Positions 25,934 to 36,245 of a stretch of DNA of 47,700 nucleotides are shown here, piece after piece. The notes under the pieces were generated by a model. The model had not been told where the DNA came from and did not search any database. It saw only the letters and a list, made by a program, of their open reading frames with translations. Made by a program: the position numbers and the translations under genes. This stretch comes from an uncultured Rhodospirillaceae bacterium. Its GTDB lineage: Bacteria; Pseudomonadota; Alphaproteobacteria; Rhodospirillales; Defluviicoccaceae. Position 1 is the stretch's first letter. Each line of letters opens with the position of its first letter. Location of the stretch: positions 1 through 47,700 of the forward strand of contig CAZBWP010000002.1 of NCBI GenBank assembly GCA_964495295.1, read 5' to 3'.

Positions 25934-28900
25934 ATGATCATCAGTCAGGCTGCCCCAGCGACGTTCGCCGACGGCGCGGAGACCGCGATCGATGGCAAGC
26001 GATGGTCCTTCTGGGTCGACCGGGGCGGCACGTTCACGGATATCGTCGGGCTGCGCCCCGACGGCTCCCTGGTCACCCGCAAGCTTTTGTCCGAGAACCC
26101 GGAGCACTACGACGACGCAGCGGTGCATGGGATCCGCGAACTGCTCGGGCTGGCGGCAGATCAGCCGATGTCGTCCGACGTGGTTGAGCACGTCAAGATG
26201 GGCACCACCGTGGCGACGAACGCGCTGCTGGAGCGCAAGGGCGAGCCGACGCTGCTGGTCGTCACCCGGGGATTTCGGGACGCGCTCCGGATCGGCTACC
26301 AGAACCGCCCGCTGATCTTCAGCCTGCAGATCACCCGTCCGCCGGCGCTCTACCATGCGGTGATGGAGGTCGACGAGCGGATCGGCGCCGACGGCACCAT
26401 CCTCCGCCCGCTCGACGTGACCGCAGCACGCCGGGACCTGGAGGCAGCCTTTGCGCAGGGCCTCCGGTCCGTCGCCATCACGCTGATGCACGGCTACCGG
26501 TTCACCGATCACGAGGAGCGGATCGAGAAGATCGCCCGCGATATCGGGTTCACCCAGGTCAGCGCCAGCTACCGGGTGAGCCCGCTGATGAAGTTCGTTT
26601 CGCGCGGCGATACCACCGTGGTCGACGCGTACCTGTCGCCGGTGCTGCGCCGCTATGTGGATCACCTGTCCAACGAGTTGGGCGGCGTCCGGCTGTTCTT
26701 CATGCAGTCGAACGGCGGCCTGACGGACGGGCGGCTGCTGAAGGGCAAGGACGCCATCCTGTCGGGACCGGCAGGCGGCATCGTCGGCGCAGCGCGCACC
26801 GCGGGGATCGCCGGTTTCGACAAGATCATCTCGTTCGACATGGGGGGCACCTCCACCGATGTCGCCCACTACAACGGCGAATACGAGCGCGAATTCGAAA
26901 CGGAACTGGATGGCGTTCGCCTGCGCGTGCCGATGCTGCAGATCCATACCGTCGCCGCCGGCGGCGGCTCGATCCTCAGCTTCGATGGCGCCCGCTTCCG
27001 CGTCGGCCCGCAATCCGCCGGTGCCAAGCCTGGCCCGGCCAGCTACCGACGCGGGGGTCCGCTGACCCTGACCGACGCCAATCTGCTGCTCGGCCGGATC
27101 TCACCCGATCTGTTCCCGAAGGTCTTCGGCGCGAGCGGCACCGAGGGGCTGGACGCCGCGACGGCTTTCCAGGCCTTCCAGGCTCTCACCGCCGACGTCG
27201 AACGGCACACCGGACGGAAGACGACGGCGGAGGAGGTGGCGCTCGGCTTCCGCCGCGTCGCCGTCGAAAACATGGCGAATGCCATCAAGAAGATCTCGAC
27301 GCAGCGCGGCTATGACATCACCCGCTACACGCTCACCTGCTTCGGCGGCGCCGGCGGTCAGCACGCCTGCGACATCGCCGATACGCTCGGCATGTGCAGG
27401 ATCTTCGTGCATCCGCTCGCCGGCGTGCTCTCGGCGTACGGCCTCGGCCTCGCCGATCTGCGGGCGATGCGCGAGCAGGCGATCGAGAAGCCGATCACCC
27501 AGCACCTGGTGCTCCAGCTCCGTCACCAACTGGCGCAGATGGCCACCGAGGCCCTCGCCGAAGTGAAGCGGCAGGGCCATGACGGCGGCGACGTGATGGC
27601 GATCAGCCGCGCGCATCTTCGCTACGAAGGCAGCGACACGCCACTGATCGTCGAGTTCGCCGATTATCGGAGCCTGATCGAGCGGTTCGAGGTGGCGCAC
27701 CGGCAACGCTTCGGCTTCCTGATGCCCGACAAGGGCCACATCATCGAGGCGATTTCGGTTGAGGCGGTCGGCATCGTCACCACCGAGGAAACGGTCAGCG
27801 AGGTGACGCAGCGGCAGATGCCGCTCGCACCGCTGGCCAGCACCCGCGTCTACGCGAGCGGATGTTGGACGTCGGCGCCGGTCTATCGCTATCGGGACCT
27901 GCAGCCGGGCGATCGCATCGAGGGCCCGGCGATCATCATCGAGCCGAACAGCACCATCGTCGTGGAGAGCGGCTGGGCCGGCTCGCTCACCGGACGCAAG
28001 CACCTGGTGATGACGCGGACGCAGCCGCTCGCCCGCGACCACGCCGTCGGCACCAGCGTCGATCCGGTCATGCTGGAGATCTTCAACAACACGTTCATGT
28101 CCATCGCCGAGCAGATGGGCGTGATCCTTCAGAACACCGCATATTCAGTGAACATCAAGGAACGGCTCGATTTCTCCTGCGCCGTCTTCGACGCGGCCGG
28201 CAATCTCGTCGCCAACGCCCCGCACATCCCGGTGCATCTCGGCTCCATGGGCGAGAGCGTCCGCGCCATCATCGCCGCCAACGGCGGACGGATCCGGCCC
28301 GGCGATGTCTTCGCCATGAACACGCCGCTGAAGGGTGGCACCCATCTGCCCGACATCACGGTGATCACGCCGGTGTTCGATACCGCCGACGCGCAAATCC
28401 TGTTCTACGTCGCCAGCCGCGGCCACCACGCCGATGTCGGCGGGATCACGCCGGGATCGATGCCGCCCAACAGCCGCACGCTCATGGAAGAGGGTGCGAT
28501 CATCGACAACTTCAAGCTGATCGACGCGGGACGCTTCCGCGAGCGGGAGATGATCGACGTGCTGCTCGCCTCGCCGTATCCGGCGCGCAATCCGCAGCAG
28601 AACATCTTCGATCTTCGCGCCCAGGTCGCGGCCAACGAGAAGGGCGTGTGCGAGCTTCGGAAGCTCGTCGACGACTATGGCCTCGACGTGGTCAACGCCT
28701 ACATGACGCACGTCCAGGACAACGCGGAAGAGCAAGTCCGGCGGGTCTTCGAACACCTCAAGGGCGGCAAGAGCACCGCCTACATGGATGACGGCGAGCA
28801 GATCACCGTCGACATCACCATCGACCGGACCCGGCGGCGTGCCCGCATCGACTTCTCGGAAAGCAGTCCCGAGCAGCCCAACAACTTCAACGCCCCGTTG

Positions 28901-29749
28901 GCGGTCTGCCGGGCCGCTGTGCTCTACGTCATCCGCAGCCTCGTCAAGGATGACATCCCGCTGAACGAGGGCTGCCTCAAGCCGGTCGACATCGTTGTGC
29001 CGAAAGGCTCGATCCTCAATCCCCGGGACGGAGCGGCGGTCGTCGCCGGCAACGTGGAAACGAGCCAGGTGATCTGCAACGCGCTCTATCGGGCGCTCGG
29101 CGTGATGGCCGGCTCCCAGGGGACGATGAACAACTTCACCTTCGGCAATGGCGCCTACCAATACTATGAAACCATTGGCGGTGGTTCCGGCGCCGGCGCC
29201 GAGTTCGACGGTGCGGACGCGGTCCACACCAACATGACGAATTCGCGGCTCACCGATCCGGAGGTGCTGGAATGGCGCTATCCGGTGCTGGTCGACAGCT
29301 TCGAGGTGCGCGAGGGATCCGGCGGCCGCGGGCGGCGGAGCGGCGGCAACGGCCTGGTGCGGCGCATTCGGTTCATCGAACCGATGACCGCGGCGATCGT
29401 CTCCGGATACCGGGTGGTCGAGCCGCAGGGCGTCGACGGCGGCAGGCCGGGCAGGGTCGGCCGCAACCGCGTCGAACGCGCCGATGGCACGACCCAGGAG
29501 CTCGCCGGAACGGATTGCGTCGACATGCAGCCGAACGACGTTTTCGTGATCGAAACGCCGGGAGGTGCTGGGTTCGGTGCTCCGCGGGAGGCCGAGGCGA
29601 TCCGACCGGCCCGCGCGCCGCACCGGGAACCGGCCCCGATGGTCGGCGAGACCCGGGAGGCAGGACAGAGCGACGATGTCGAGCGGACGCACGGGTCGGG
29701 CTGTGTGGCCTGTCGCGCCCGATATGGAGCGGACGCGCTTGGTGTCTGA
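25934..29749 (+). CDS. 5-oxoprolinase (ATP-hydrolysing), fused hydantoinase A/B (HyuA-HyuB) type
   Basis: 1271-aa ORF. The N-terminus has [17 protein letters not shown]. The hydantoinase A region has DMGGTSTDV. The hydantoinase B half has [20 protein letters not shown]...[14 protein letters not shown]. Confidence 0.9.
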   Translation: MIISQAAPATFADGAETAIDGKRWSFWVDRGGTFTDIVGLRPDGSLVTRKLLSENPEHYDDAAVHGIRELLGLAADQPMSSDVVEHVKMGTTVATNALLERKGEPTLLVVTRGFRDALRIGYQNRPLIFSLQITRPPALYHAVMEVDERIGADGTILRPLDVTAARRDLEAAFAQGLRSVAITLMHGYRFTDHEERIEKIARDIGFTQVSASYRVSPLMKFVSRGDTTVVDAYLSPVLRRYVDHLSNELGGVRLFFMQSNGGLTDGRLLKGKDAILSGPAGGIVGAARTAGIAGFDKIISFDMGGTSTDVAHYNGEYEREFETELDGVRLRVPMLQIHTVAAGGGSILSFDGARFRVGPQSAGAKPGPASYRRGGPLTLTDANLLLGRISPDLFPKVFGASGTEGLDAATAFQAFQALTADVERHTGRKTTAEEVALGFRRVAVENMANAIKKISTQRGYDITRYTLTCFGGAGGQHACDIADTLGMCRIFVHPLAGVLSAYGLGLADLRAMREQAIEKPITQHLVLQLRHQLAQMATEALAEVKRQGHDGGDVMAISRAHLRYEGSDTPLIVEFADYRSLIERFEVAHRQRFGFLMPDKGHIIEAISVEAVGIVTTEETVSEVTQRQMPLAPLASTRVYASGCWTSAPVYRYRDLQPGDRIEGPAIIIEPNSTIVVESGWAGSLTGRKHLVMTRTQPLARDHAVGTSVDPVMLEIFNNTFMSIAEQMGVILQNTAYSVNIKERLDFSCAVFDAAGNLVANAPHIPVHLGSMGESVRAIIAANGGRIRPGDVFAMNTPLKGGTHLPDITVITPVFDTADAQILFYVASRGHHADVGGITPGSMPPNSRTLMEEGAIIDNFKLIDAGRFREREMIDVLLASPYPARNPQQNIFDLRAQVAANEKGVCELRKLVDDYGLDVVNAYMTHVQDNAEEQVRRVFEHLKGGKSTAYMDDGEQITVDITIDRTRRRARIDFSESSPEQPNNFNAPLAVCRAAVLYVIRSLVKDDIPLNEGCLKPVDIVVPKGSILNPRDGAAVVAGNVETSQVICNALYRALGVMAGSQGTMNNFTFGNGAYQYYETIGGGSGAGAEFDGADAVHTNMTNSRLTDPEVLEWRYPVLVDSFEVREGSGGRGRRSGGNGLVRRIRFIEPMTAAIVSGYRVVEPQGVDGGRPGRVGRNRVERADGTTQELAGTDCVDMQPNDVFVIETPGGAGFGAPREAEAIRPARAPHREPAPMVGETREAGQSDDVERTHGSGCVACRARYGADALGV

Positions 29750-29849
29750 TAGCCGCCGAACCGCCTCCCGACGCCGATGCCGGCCCGTGCGCTTCGGTCC
29801 GCCCGGCGACCGCGATGCGCTCGCTGCGGCCAACGGAAAGTCACCCGCG

Positions 29850-30839
29850 ATGACCACGCTGAGAAACCTGTTCTTATGGCTGGCGGCCGCGGTGTTATTG
29901 GCACCGGCCGCGCTCGCCGAAACCTGGCAGATGCCGACACCGTATCCGGTGAACAGCTTCCATACGGAGAACATTCAACGGTTCGCGCGGGACATTGAAG
30001 AGGCAACGGGCGGATCGCTGCGGATCGAGGTGCACCCGGCCGGCGCGTTGTTCCGGCACGCCGACATCAAGAACGTCGTGCGCTCCGGACAGGTGCAGAT
30101 CGGCGAATTCCTGTTGTCCCGACTGGCCAACGAGCACCCGATGTTCGAGGTCGACTCGCTGCCGTTCGTCGCCACCGACTACGAGGCGGCGGCGCGCCTG
30201 TGGACCAGCTCCCGGCCGTACGTCCAGGAGCTTCTCGCCCGACAGGGTCTGGTCGTGCTGTTCGCCGTGCCGTGGCCGCCGCAGGCGCTGTTCACCCGCA
30301 AGCCGGTGGAGAGCGTCGCCGACCTCAAGGGCGTCAGGCTGCGCGCGTACAACCGGACGCAGGAGCAGTTCGCGCGCCTCGCCGGCGCCATCCCGACCCA
30401 GGTCGAGGTGCCGGATGTCCCGCAGGCGTTCGCCACCGGTCGGGTGGAGGCGATGATCACGTCGCCGTCGACCGGCGCCAACGCGCGGGCCTGGGAGTTC
30501 GTGTCCCACTACTACGACACGCGGGCCTGGCTGCCAAAGAACGTGGTCGTCGTCAGCAAGCGGGCCCTGGACGGGCTCGATTCCCCCATCCGCGACGCGG
30601 TCATCGCCGCCGCCGCCGCCGCCGAACAGCGTGGCTGGGCGATGAGCCGGGCGGAAACCGACGCGCAGGTGGCGATCCTGAGGGACAGCGGCCTCACCAT
30701 CGTCGAGCCCAACCGGGACCTGGTGCGGCAACTGCACGACATCGGCGACACGCTGATGGCCGACTGGCTCGCGCAGACGGGGGTCAATGGAAAGGCGCTG
30801 TTGGCCCGGTTCCGCTCGGACCTCCGGGTCAGCCGCTGA
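29850..30839 (+). CDS. dctP: TRAP transporter substrate-binding protein (DctP family)
   Basis: Signal peptide MTTLRNLFLWLAAAVLLAPAALAETW, then a DctP-like body, followed by Q and M subunits. Start ATG 29850 was chosen inside the longer ORF. Confidence 0.85.
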   Translation: MTTLRNLFLWLAAAVLLAPAALAETWQMPTPYPVNSFHTENIQRFARDIEEATGGSLRIEVHPAGALFRHADIKNVVRSGQVQIGEFLLSRLANEHPMFEVDSLPFVATDYEAAARLWTSSRPYVQELLARQGLVVLFAVPWPPQALFTRKPVESVADLKGVRLRAYNRTQEQFARLAGAIPTQVEVPDVPQAFATGRVEAMITSPSTGANARAWEFVSHYYDTRAWLPKNVVVVSKRALDGLDSPIRDAVIAAAAAAEQRGWAMSRAETDAQVAILRDSGLTIVEPNRDLVRQLHDIGDTLMADWLAQTGVNGKALLARFRSDLRVSR

Positions 30840-30886
30840 CCTTGGATGCCTTGGACAGGCGGCAGCCGGCCGCCCGGGAGGCTGCG

Positions 30887-31474
30887 ATGCGCCGGATCCT
30901 GACGTTCCTCTATCGCGGCAGCGGCGGCCTCGCCGCGGCGTTCCTCGTGCTGACGTGCGGCGTGGTGGTGACGCAGGTGGCATTCAACCTGATCGGCGTC
31001 GTCGCGGATCGCGTGTTCGGCGTGACCGTCAGCCTTGTGGTGCCGTCCTACGCCGACTTCACCGGATACTTCTTCGCCGCCTCCGCGTTCCTTGGCCTGG
31101 GTTACGTCCATCACGCCGGGGCTCACATCCGGGTTGCCATCCTGATGGACCGCACCCGGGGCCGGGGGCGCGCGGCGGTCGAGATCTGGTGCCTCTGTGT
31201 GGCGGTGTTCCTGGCCGGGTACTTCACCTGTCACGCATTTGCCCTCGTGCGCGATTCGTACCGCTTCAATGACCTGTCGGTCGGTTTGGTCGCGGTGCCG
31301 CTGTGGCTGCCACAGATGGCCATGGGCGTCGGCGCCCTGGTGGTCACCATCGCGCTGTTCGACGATCTGGTCACGGTCGTCGCCGGCCACGTTCGCCGCG
31401 GCCTGCGGCAGCGAGGTTCGGCGCCCGTCGCACGCTCCCCGATGCCGCGGCCGAGAGCCGCCGGCCCGGTCTGA
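30887..31474 (+). CDS. dctQ: TRAP transporter small permease (DctQ family)
   Basis: 195-aa ORF with four hydrophobic helices, lying between the dctP and dctM homologues. ATG at 30887. Confidence 0.8.
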   Translation: MRRILTFLYRGSGGLAAAFLVLTCGVVVTQVAFNLIGVVADRVFGVTVSLVVPSYADFTGYFFAASAFLGLGYVHHAGAHIRVAILMDRTRGRGRAAVEIWCLCVAVFLAGYFTCHAFALVRDSYRFNDLSVGLVAVPLWLPQMAMGVGALVVTIALFDDLVTVVAGHVRRGLRQRGSAPVARSPMPRPRAAGPV

Positions 31475-31487
31475 GGCGACCCGGCGC

Positions 31488-32792
31488 GTGGATCCCACTT
31501 GGGTGGCGCTGTGCACCGTCGTCGTGCTGCTGGTGTTTCTCGCCAGCGGGTTGTGGGTGGCGCTCGCCCTGATGGCCACCGGTTTCGCCGCCATGGCCCT
31601 GTTCACGTCGGCGCCCGTCGGCCCGGTGATGGCGACGTCGATCTGGGGCGCGACCAATTCATGGGCGCTCGCCGCCATTCCGCTGTTCATCTGGATGGGT
31701 GAGATCCTGTCGCGGTCGCGCGTGTCCGAGCACCTGTTCAACGGTCTCGCGCCGTTGCTGCGACGGGTGCCCGGCGGCCTGATCCACATCAACGTCCTCG
31801 GCTGCGGGCTGTTCGCCGCCGTTTCCGGATCATCGGTGGCGACGGCGGCGACGCTCGGACGCATCACCGTGCCGGCCCTGCTCTCCCGCGGCTATCCGGA
31901 ACGCCTGACGCTCGGCTCGCTCGCCGGCTCCGGGACACTCGGGTTCCTCATCCCGCCGTCGATCATCCTGATCGTCTATGGCGTCGCCGTCGACGAATCC
32001 GTGGTCCGGCTGTTCCTCGCCGGGATCATCCCCGGCCTCGTGCTGATGGTGCTGTTCAGCGGCTATGTGGTGGTGTGGTCGGTGGTCAATCGTGAACGCA
32101 TGCCGCCGCCGGATCCCGCCCAGAGCCTCGGCACGCGCGTTCGGGGAATGGCGAAGCTGCTGCCGATCCTCGCCCTCATCGTCGGCATTCTCGGGTCGAT
32201 CGAACTCGGCATCGCCAGCCCGACGGACGCGGCGGCGGTCGGCGTGGTGTTGGCGTTGATCCTGTCCTGGAGGTCGCGGACCCTTGACTGGCCGTCGTTC
32301 GCCGGCGGACTCACGGGAGCGATCCGCACCTCCTGCATGATCGCCTTCATCCTGATCGGCGCGTCCTTCCTCACCGTCGCCATGGGGTTCACCGGCGTGC
32401 CGGGGTCCCTGGCGGCGTCGATCGGTGCCATGAACCTGTCGGCGGAGGCGCTGATCGTTGCCTTGACCGTGCTGTTCGTGATTCTCGGATGCTTCCTCGA
32501 CGGCATCTCCATGGTCGTGCTCACCACGGCGGTCATCCTGCCGCTCATCGAGACCGCCGGCATCGACCGCATCTGGTTCGGCATCTACCTGGCGGTGGTC
32601 GTCGAGATGTCGCAGATCACGCCGCCGATCGGCTTCAACCTCTTCGCCATCCAGGGAATGACCGGTCGCAACGTCCTCGTGCTGGCGCGGGCGGCGCTGC
32701 CGTTCTTCTGCATGCTGCTGCTGCTGATCGTGCTGCTGGTGCTGTTCCCCGGACTCGCCACCTGGCTGCCCAACCACTTGGCGACCCCGTGA
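31488..32792 (+). CDS. dctM: TRAP transporter large permease (DctM family)
   Basis: About 434-aa polytopic protein with typical DctM segments (PLFIWMGEIL, SGSSVATAATLG, VVEMSQITPPIGFNLF). The GTG 31488 start is inferred. Confidence 0.87.
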   Translation: MDPTWVALCTVVVLLVFLASGLWVALALMATGFAAMALFTSAPVGPVMATSIWGATNSWALAAIPLFIWMGEILSRSRVSEHLFNGLAPLLRRVPGGLIHINVLGCGLFAAVSGSSVATAATLGRITVPALLSRGYPERLTLGSLAGSGTLGFLIPPSIILIVYGVAVDESVVRLFLAGIIPGLVLMVLFSGYVVVWSVVNRERMPPPDPAQSLGTRVRGMAKLLPILALIVGILGSIELGIASPTDAAAVGVVLALILSWRSRTLDWPSFAGGLTGAIRTSCMIAFILIGASFLTVAMGFTGVPGSLAASIGAMNLSAEALIVALTVLFVILGCFLDGISMVVLTTAVILPLIETAGIDRIWFGIYLAVVVEMSQITPPIGFNLFAIQGMTGRNVLVLARAALPFFCMLLLLIVLLVLFPGLATWLPNHLATP

Positions 32793-32895
32793 CCGGTCCG
32801 GAGCGCGGGCACCGCCCTTAAGCGTTTCTTAGCCACCGCCGGGCTATCACGGTCCGGTCGTCCGGTTGTCCCCGCAACAGACTCGGTGCCCCCTG

Positions 32896-34137
32896 ATGTC
32901 TGACAGTCACGCTCTGCCCCTGGATCATGAGCGCAGGATCATTGTCGGCGGCGACCGCCGTCTGCTGCATCGCGGCGACGACGGACGACGCGGCGACGAT
33001 GCCGCGCCCACGCACAACAGCCTGCCGCCGGCGTCGGTCGCAGCGGGACGCACCCTCGACCGACCCGGGACGTACCTTGTCGTCCTCGGCGTGGCCTTCG
33101 TCGTGCTGTGGGGCGCCATCATCGCGGCCAACCAGCGGCTCAATCCGCTGGTCTATGACCCGACCGCGCAGGCCGAGGTGGCCGAGGCGCTCGTCGCTGG
33201 GCAGAGCTACGGCGTGTTTGACCTGAACATCGACATGCGGGGGCTGCGCCGCGAACACATCAAGCGGCTGCCGGCGGCGCCCGAGATCGCGGTCATCGGC
33301 GCCAGTCACTGGCAGGAGGGCGTCAGCAGCCTGTTCCCGGACCAGGACTTCTACAACGCGCACGTCCACCGGGATTACTACGAGGATATCCTGGCGGTCG
33401 TCGAAATGTTCGTCGCCAGCGACCGGCTGCCCGAAACGCTGATCATCAGCATCCGCGAACTCACCTTCTCGCCGCCGGCGGAGCGCACCGACTTCCTCTG
33501 GCTCGCCGGCCTCGAAGACTATCGGGCGATGGCCCGGCGCCTCGGCATCGAGCCGCACGGCTGGCTGGACACCTTCAGCATCACCCCGTGGCTGGACCTG
33601 ACCTCGCTGCCGGCGGCGTGGGATGGCGCCCGGCGATGGCTGCTGGCCGACGAACGACCGGGGCCGACGACTCGGGTCACGGCGCAGAGCCTCGACATCC
33701 TGCATCCCGCAGGGTTCATCACCTGGTCCGAGGACCACGAGGCGCTGTTCACCCAGGCGCGCGCGGTCGACGAGGCGCAGAAGGAGTTCGACTTCTCGAA
33801 GGGGCGGCGCATTGCCATCGATGCGGCCGCCGTCGACGCCATCGACCGGCTGCTCGGCTTTCTTGTCGAACGCGGCGTGCACGTGATCCTCGTGCATCCC
33901 CCGTTCAATCCCGTCTACCACGACCAACTCGTCCAAACGCCTTACGGCGACGACATGCAACGGGTTGTCGACGTCACCGCCGGCCTCGCCGCGCGGCATG
34001 GGCTGTCCGTGATCGGAAGTTTCGATGCAACGGCGATCGGCTGCGATCGCGACATGTTCATCGACTCCCAGCACGGCCGCCCCGAGTGCCTGGGCAAGCT
34101 GATCTCGCGGATGCCGCTCCGAAAATCACAGGACTGA
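32896..34137 (+). CDS. membrane-anchored DltD-like / SGNH-like protein (putative periplasmic acyl- or aminoacyl-transferase)
   Basis: Single N-terminal TM segment (YLVVLGVAFVVLWGAIIAA), then a soluble domain with a candidate nucleophile motif VIGASHW and a C-terminal DSQH (DxxH) motif. It sits directly upstream of the MBOAT, carrier protein and adenylation enzyme. The functional call is inference. Confidence 0.5.
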   Translation: MSDSHALPLDHERRIIVGGDRRLLHRGDDGRRGDDAAPTHNSLPPASVAAGRTLDRPGTYLVVLGVAFVVLWGAIIAANQRLNPLVYDPTAQAEVAEALVAGQSYGVFDLNIDMRGLRREHIKRLPAAPEIAVIGASHWQEGVSSLFPDQDFYNAHVHRDYYEDILAVVEMFVASDRLPETLIISIRELTFSPPAERTDFLWLAGLEDYRAMARRLGIEPHGWLDTFSITPWLDLTSLPAAWDGARRWLLADERPGPTTRVTAQSLDILHPAGFITWSEDHEALFTQARAVDEAQKEFDFSKGRRIAIDAAAVDAIDRLLGFLVERGVHVILVHPPFNPVYHDQLVQTPYGDDMQRVVDVTAGLAARHGLSVIGSFDATAIGCDRDMFIDSQHGRPECLGKLISRMPLRKSQD

Positions 34138-34255
34138 CCGTGGGACCGTCCGGCAGAAGTCTCGCAGCCGATCCTCTGGGGCCGCGCACGACCGCGCGCC
34201 CCGGCCCGGATCGGGCGCGCACCGCCAGGGGATCAGAAGGGGAGGGCACAGGGCG

Positions 34256-35794
34256 ATGATGTTCCACTCTTACCAGTTCATTTTCGGGTTCCTGCCGCTG
34301 ACGTTTCTCGTGTTCTGCCTCGCGGTTCACCTGCGGGGATGGCAGGCGGGACTGGTCACGTTGGGGTTGGCCTCGGTCGTCTTCTATGGCCAGTTCAGCG
34401 TGGCACTCGCCGCGATGCTGGTGGGCTCGATCATCGTCAACTTCGGCTTCGTGCGCCTGCTCGAGGCCCATCGGGACCGGAGACGCCTGGCGTCGATGCT
34501 GTTCAGCACGGCGGTCGTCGGCAATCTGGGCTACCTCGGATACTTCAAGTACGCCAACTTCTTCATCGACAACCTGAACGCGGCCGGGGGTCTCGGCATC
34601 CCGTATCTCGCGATCATCCTGCCGGTCGGGATCTCGTTCTACACGTTCGTGCAGATCGGTTTCCTGGCGGAGGTGCATGCCGGCCAGGTGCGCGGCGTGA
34701 AGTTCAGCCACTATTTCCTGTTCAGTTCGTTCTTCCCGTGCGTGACGGCGGGGCCGATTCTTCTGCAGAAGGAGATGATGCCTCAGTTCACGAAGAACGA
34801 CACCGCCGTCTGGAACAGTCTGCGGATCTCCGTCGCGCTTACGGTATTCACCATCGGCTTGTTCAAGAAACTGGTGCTCGGCGACAGCATCGCGCCCTAC
34901 GCGGACCTGGTGTTCAACGGTGTCGCCGACGGGGCCGTCGTCTCGGCGGGGGCGGCGTGGATCGGCGCGCTCGCCTATACGCTGCAGCTCTACTTCGATT
35001 TCTCCGGCTATTCGGACATGGCGCTCGGCATCGGCTACCTGTTCGGCCTGCGCTTGCCCTTGAACTTCAACTCACCGCTGAAGGCGACCAGCATCATCGA
35101 CTTCTGGCGTCGCTGGCACATGACGATGACGCGGTTCTTCACCAATTTTCTCTACACGCCGATCGGCATCCCGCTGATGCGGCGCGCCATCAGGAACGGC
35201 TACAGCCCCGGCACGCGATTCCTCGTCGCCGTCGCCGGCCCGATCACCCTGACCATGGTGCTGGCCGGCCTGTGGCACGGGGCCGGCTGGACGTTCGTGG
35301 TGTTCGGTCTCCTGCACGGTCTCGCGCTGGCGGTGAACCACGCCTGGCGTCAGTACGGACCGTCCGGCCTGCCGCGGCCTGCCGGGTGGCTGATGACCAT
35401 GGCGGTGGTGGTGACCGGAATGGTGATCTTCCGGGCGGCCGACCTGTCGGTCGCCGGCGCCATGCTCGCGTCGATGACCGGGTTGGCGTCGCTGACCGAG
35501 GCCGCACCGGCGGTCGCCGCCGCGGTCACCGGTGGGTTCGTGACCGTCGACGCCGGTCCGGCGCTGGCGCTGATCGTGGCTCTCGGTTCCATCGCGCTCG
35601 TCCTGCCCAACACCCAGGAACTGATGCGCGACCACATCTTCAGCAGCGATGGCGACGCCGCCCTGGCCGCGGATCGCGGTTCCCGCGTGGCGTGGCGGCC
35701 GTCGGTGCGCTGGGCCGCCGCGACCGGTGCCCTGTTGGTGGTCGCCCTCGGACTGGTCTCGGGGGACAGCACCTTCATCTACTACCATTTCTAG
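34256..35794 (+). CDS. MBOAT family O-acyltransferase (DltB/AlgI-like)
   Basis: MMFHSYQFIFGFLPL start, DFSGYSDMA, the conserved His segment FWRRWHMTMTRFFTNFLYTPIG, and GLWHGAGWTFVVFGLLHG. Confidence 0.9.
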   Translation: MMFHSYQFIFGFLPLTFLVFCLAVHLRGWQAGLVTLGLASVVFYGQFSVALAAMLVGSIIVNFGFVRLLEAHRDRRRLASMLFSTAVVGNLGYLGYFKYANFFIDNLNAAGGLGIPYLAIILPVGISFYTFVQIGFLAEVHAGQVRGVKFSHYFLFSSFFPCVTAGPILLQKEMMPQFTKNDTAVWNSLRISVALTVFTIGLFKKLVLGDSIAPYADLVFNGVADGAVVSAGAAWIGALAYTLQLYFDFSGYSDMALGIGYLFGLRLPLNFNSPLKATSIIDFWRRWHMTMTRFFTNFLYTPIGIPLMRRAIRNGYSPGTRFLVAVAGPITLTMVLAGLWHGAGWTFVVFGLLHGLALAVNHAWRQYGPSGLPRPAGWLMTMAVVVTGMVIFRAADLSVAGAMLASMTGLASLTEAAPAVAAAVTGGFVTVDAGPALALIVALGSIALVLPNTQELMRDHIFSSDGDAALAADRGSRVAWRPSVRWAAATGALLVVALGLVSGDSTFIYYHF

Positions 35795-35936
35795 GATCGA
35801 ACGCATGCCGCCGACGGCATTCCCGGGTGACCGCCCGACGTGGCTCACCCGATCATCGGGACATGACGGCCGCTCATGACGCTGGACGCCAACATCGTGC
35901 TTTTTGCGGACTCCGCAAGAATACTGGAGAATTCCC

Positions 35937-36167
35937 ATGACCCTGCTTGAAGACGTCGCCGCCGCCGTGCTGAAGCGTTCCCGCGACGAGATCAACGATG
36001 AGACGAGCCCGAAGACCGTGCCGTCTTGGGACAGTCTTCGTCACATCGAGCTGGTGATGACGGTCGAGCAGGCATTCGGCGTCATTTTTCCGCCGGCCGA
36101 AGTCATGACCATGACGTCGCTGGGCGCCATCCGTCAGGTGCTGCGGCAGAAGGGGGTCCATGTCTGA
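35937..36167 (+). CDS. acyl/aminoacyl carrier protein (DltC-like, phosphopantetheine-binding)
   Basis: 76-aa ORF with a four-helix-type pattern and the attachment motif SWDSLRHIELV. GGAGA RBS upstream of ATG 35937. Confidence 0.85.
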   Translation: MTLLEDVAAAVLKRSRDEINDETSPKTVPSWDSLRHIELVMTVEQAFGVIFPPAEVMTMTSLGAIRQVLRQKGVHV

Positions 36168-36245
36168 AAGCGGCCGCCGCGCCGTGGCCTCGGGCACTTC
36201 GGCAGCGCTGTCGAATCGACTGTTTGATTGGGGAGTGAAATCGCG

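Noticed and set aside
29565-31487. Long N-terminal extensions of the dctP, dctQ and dctM track ORFs (starts at 29565, 30200 and 31197)
   Set aside because: The extensions are Arg-rich and overlap the preceding genes. Signal-peptide or TM-helix-containing starts at 29850, 30887 and 31488 fit the TRAP family architecture.
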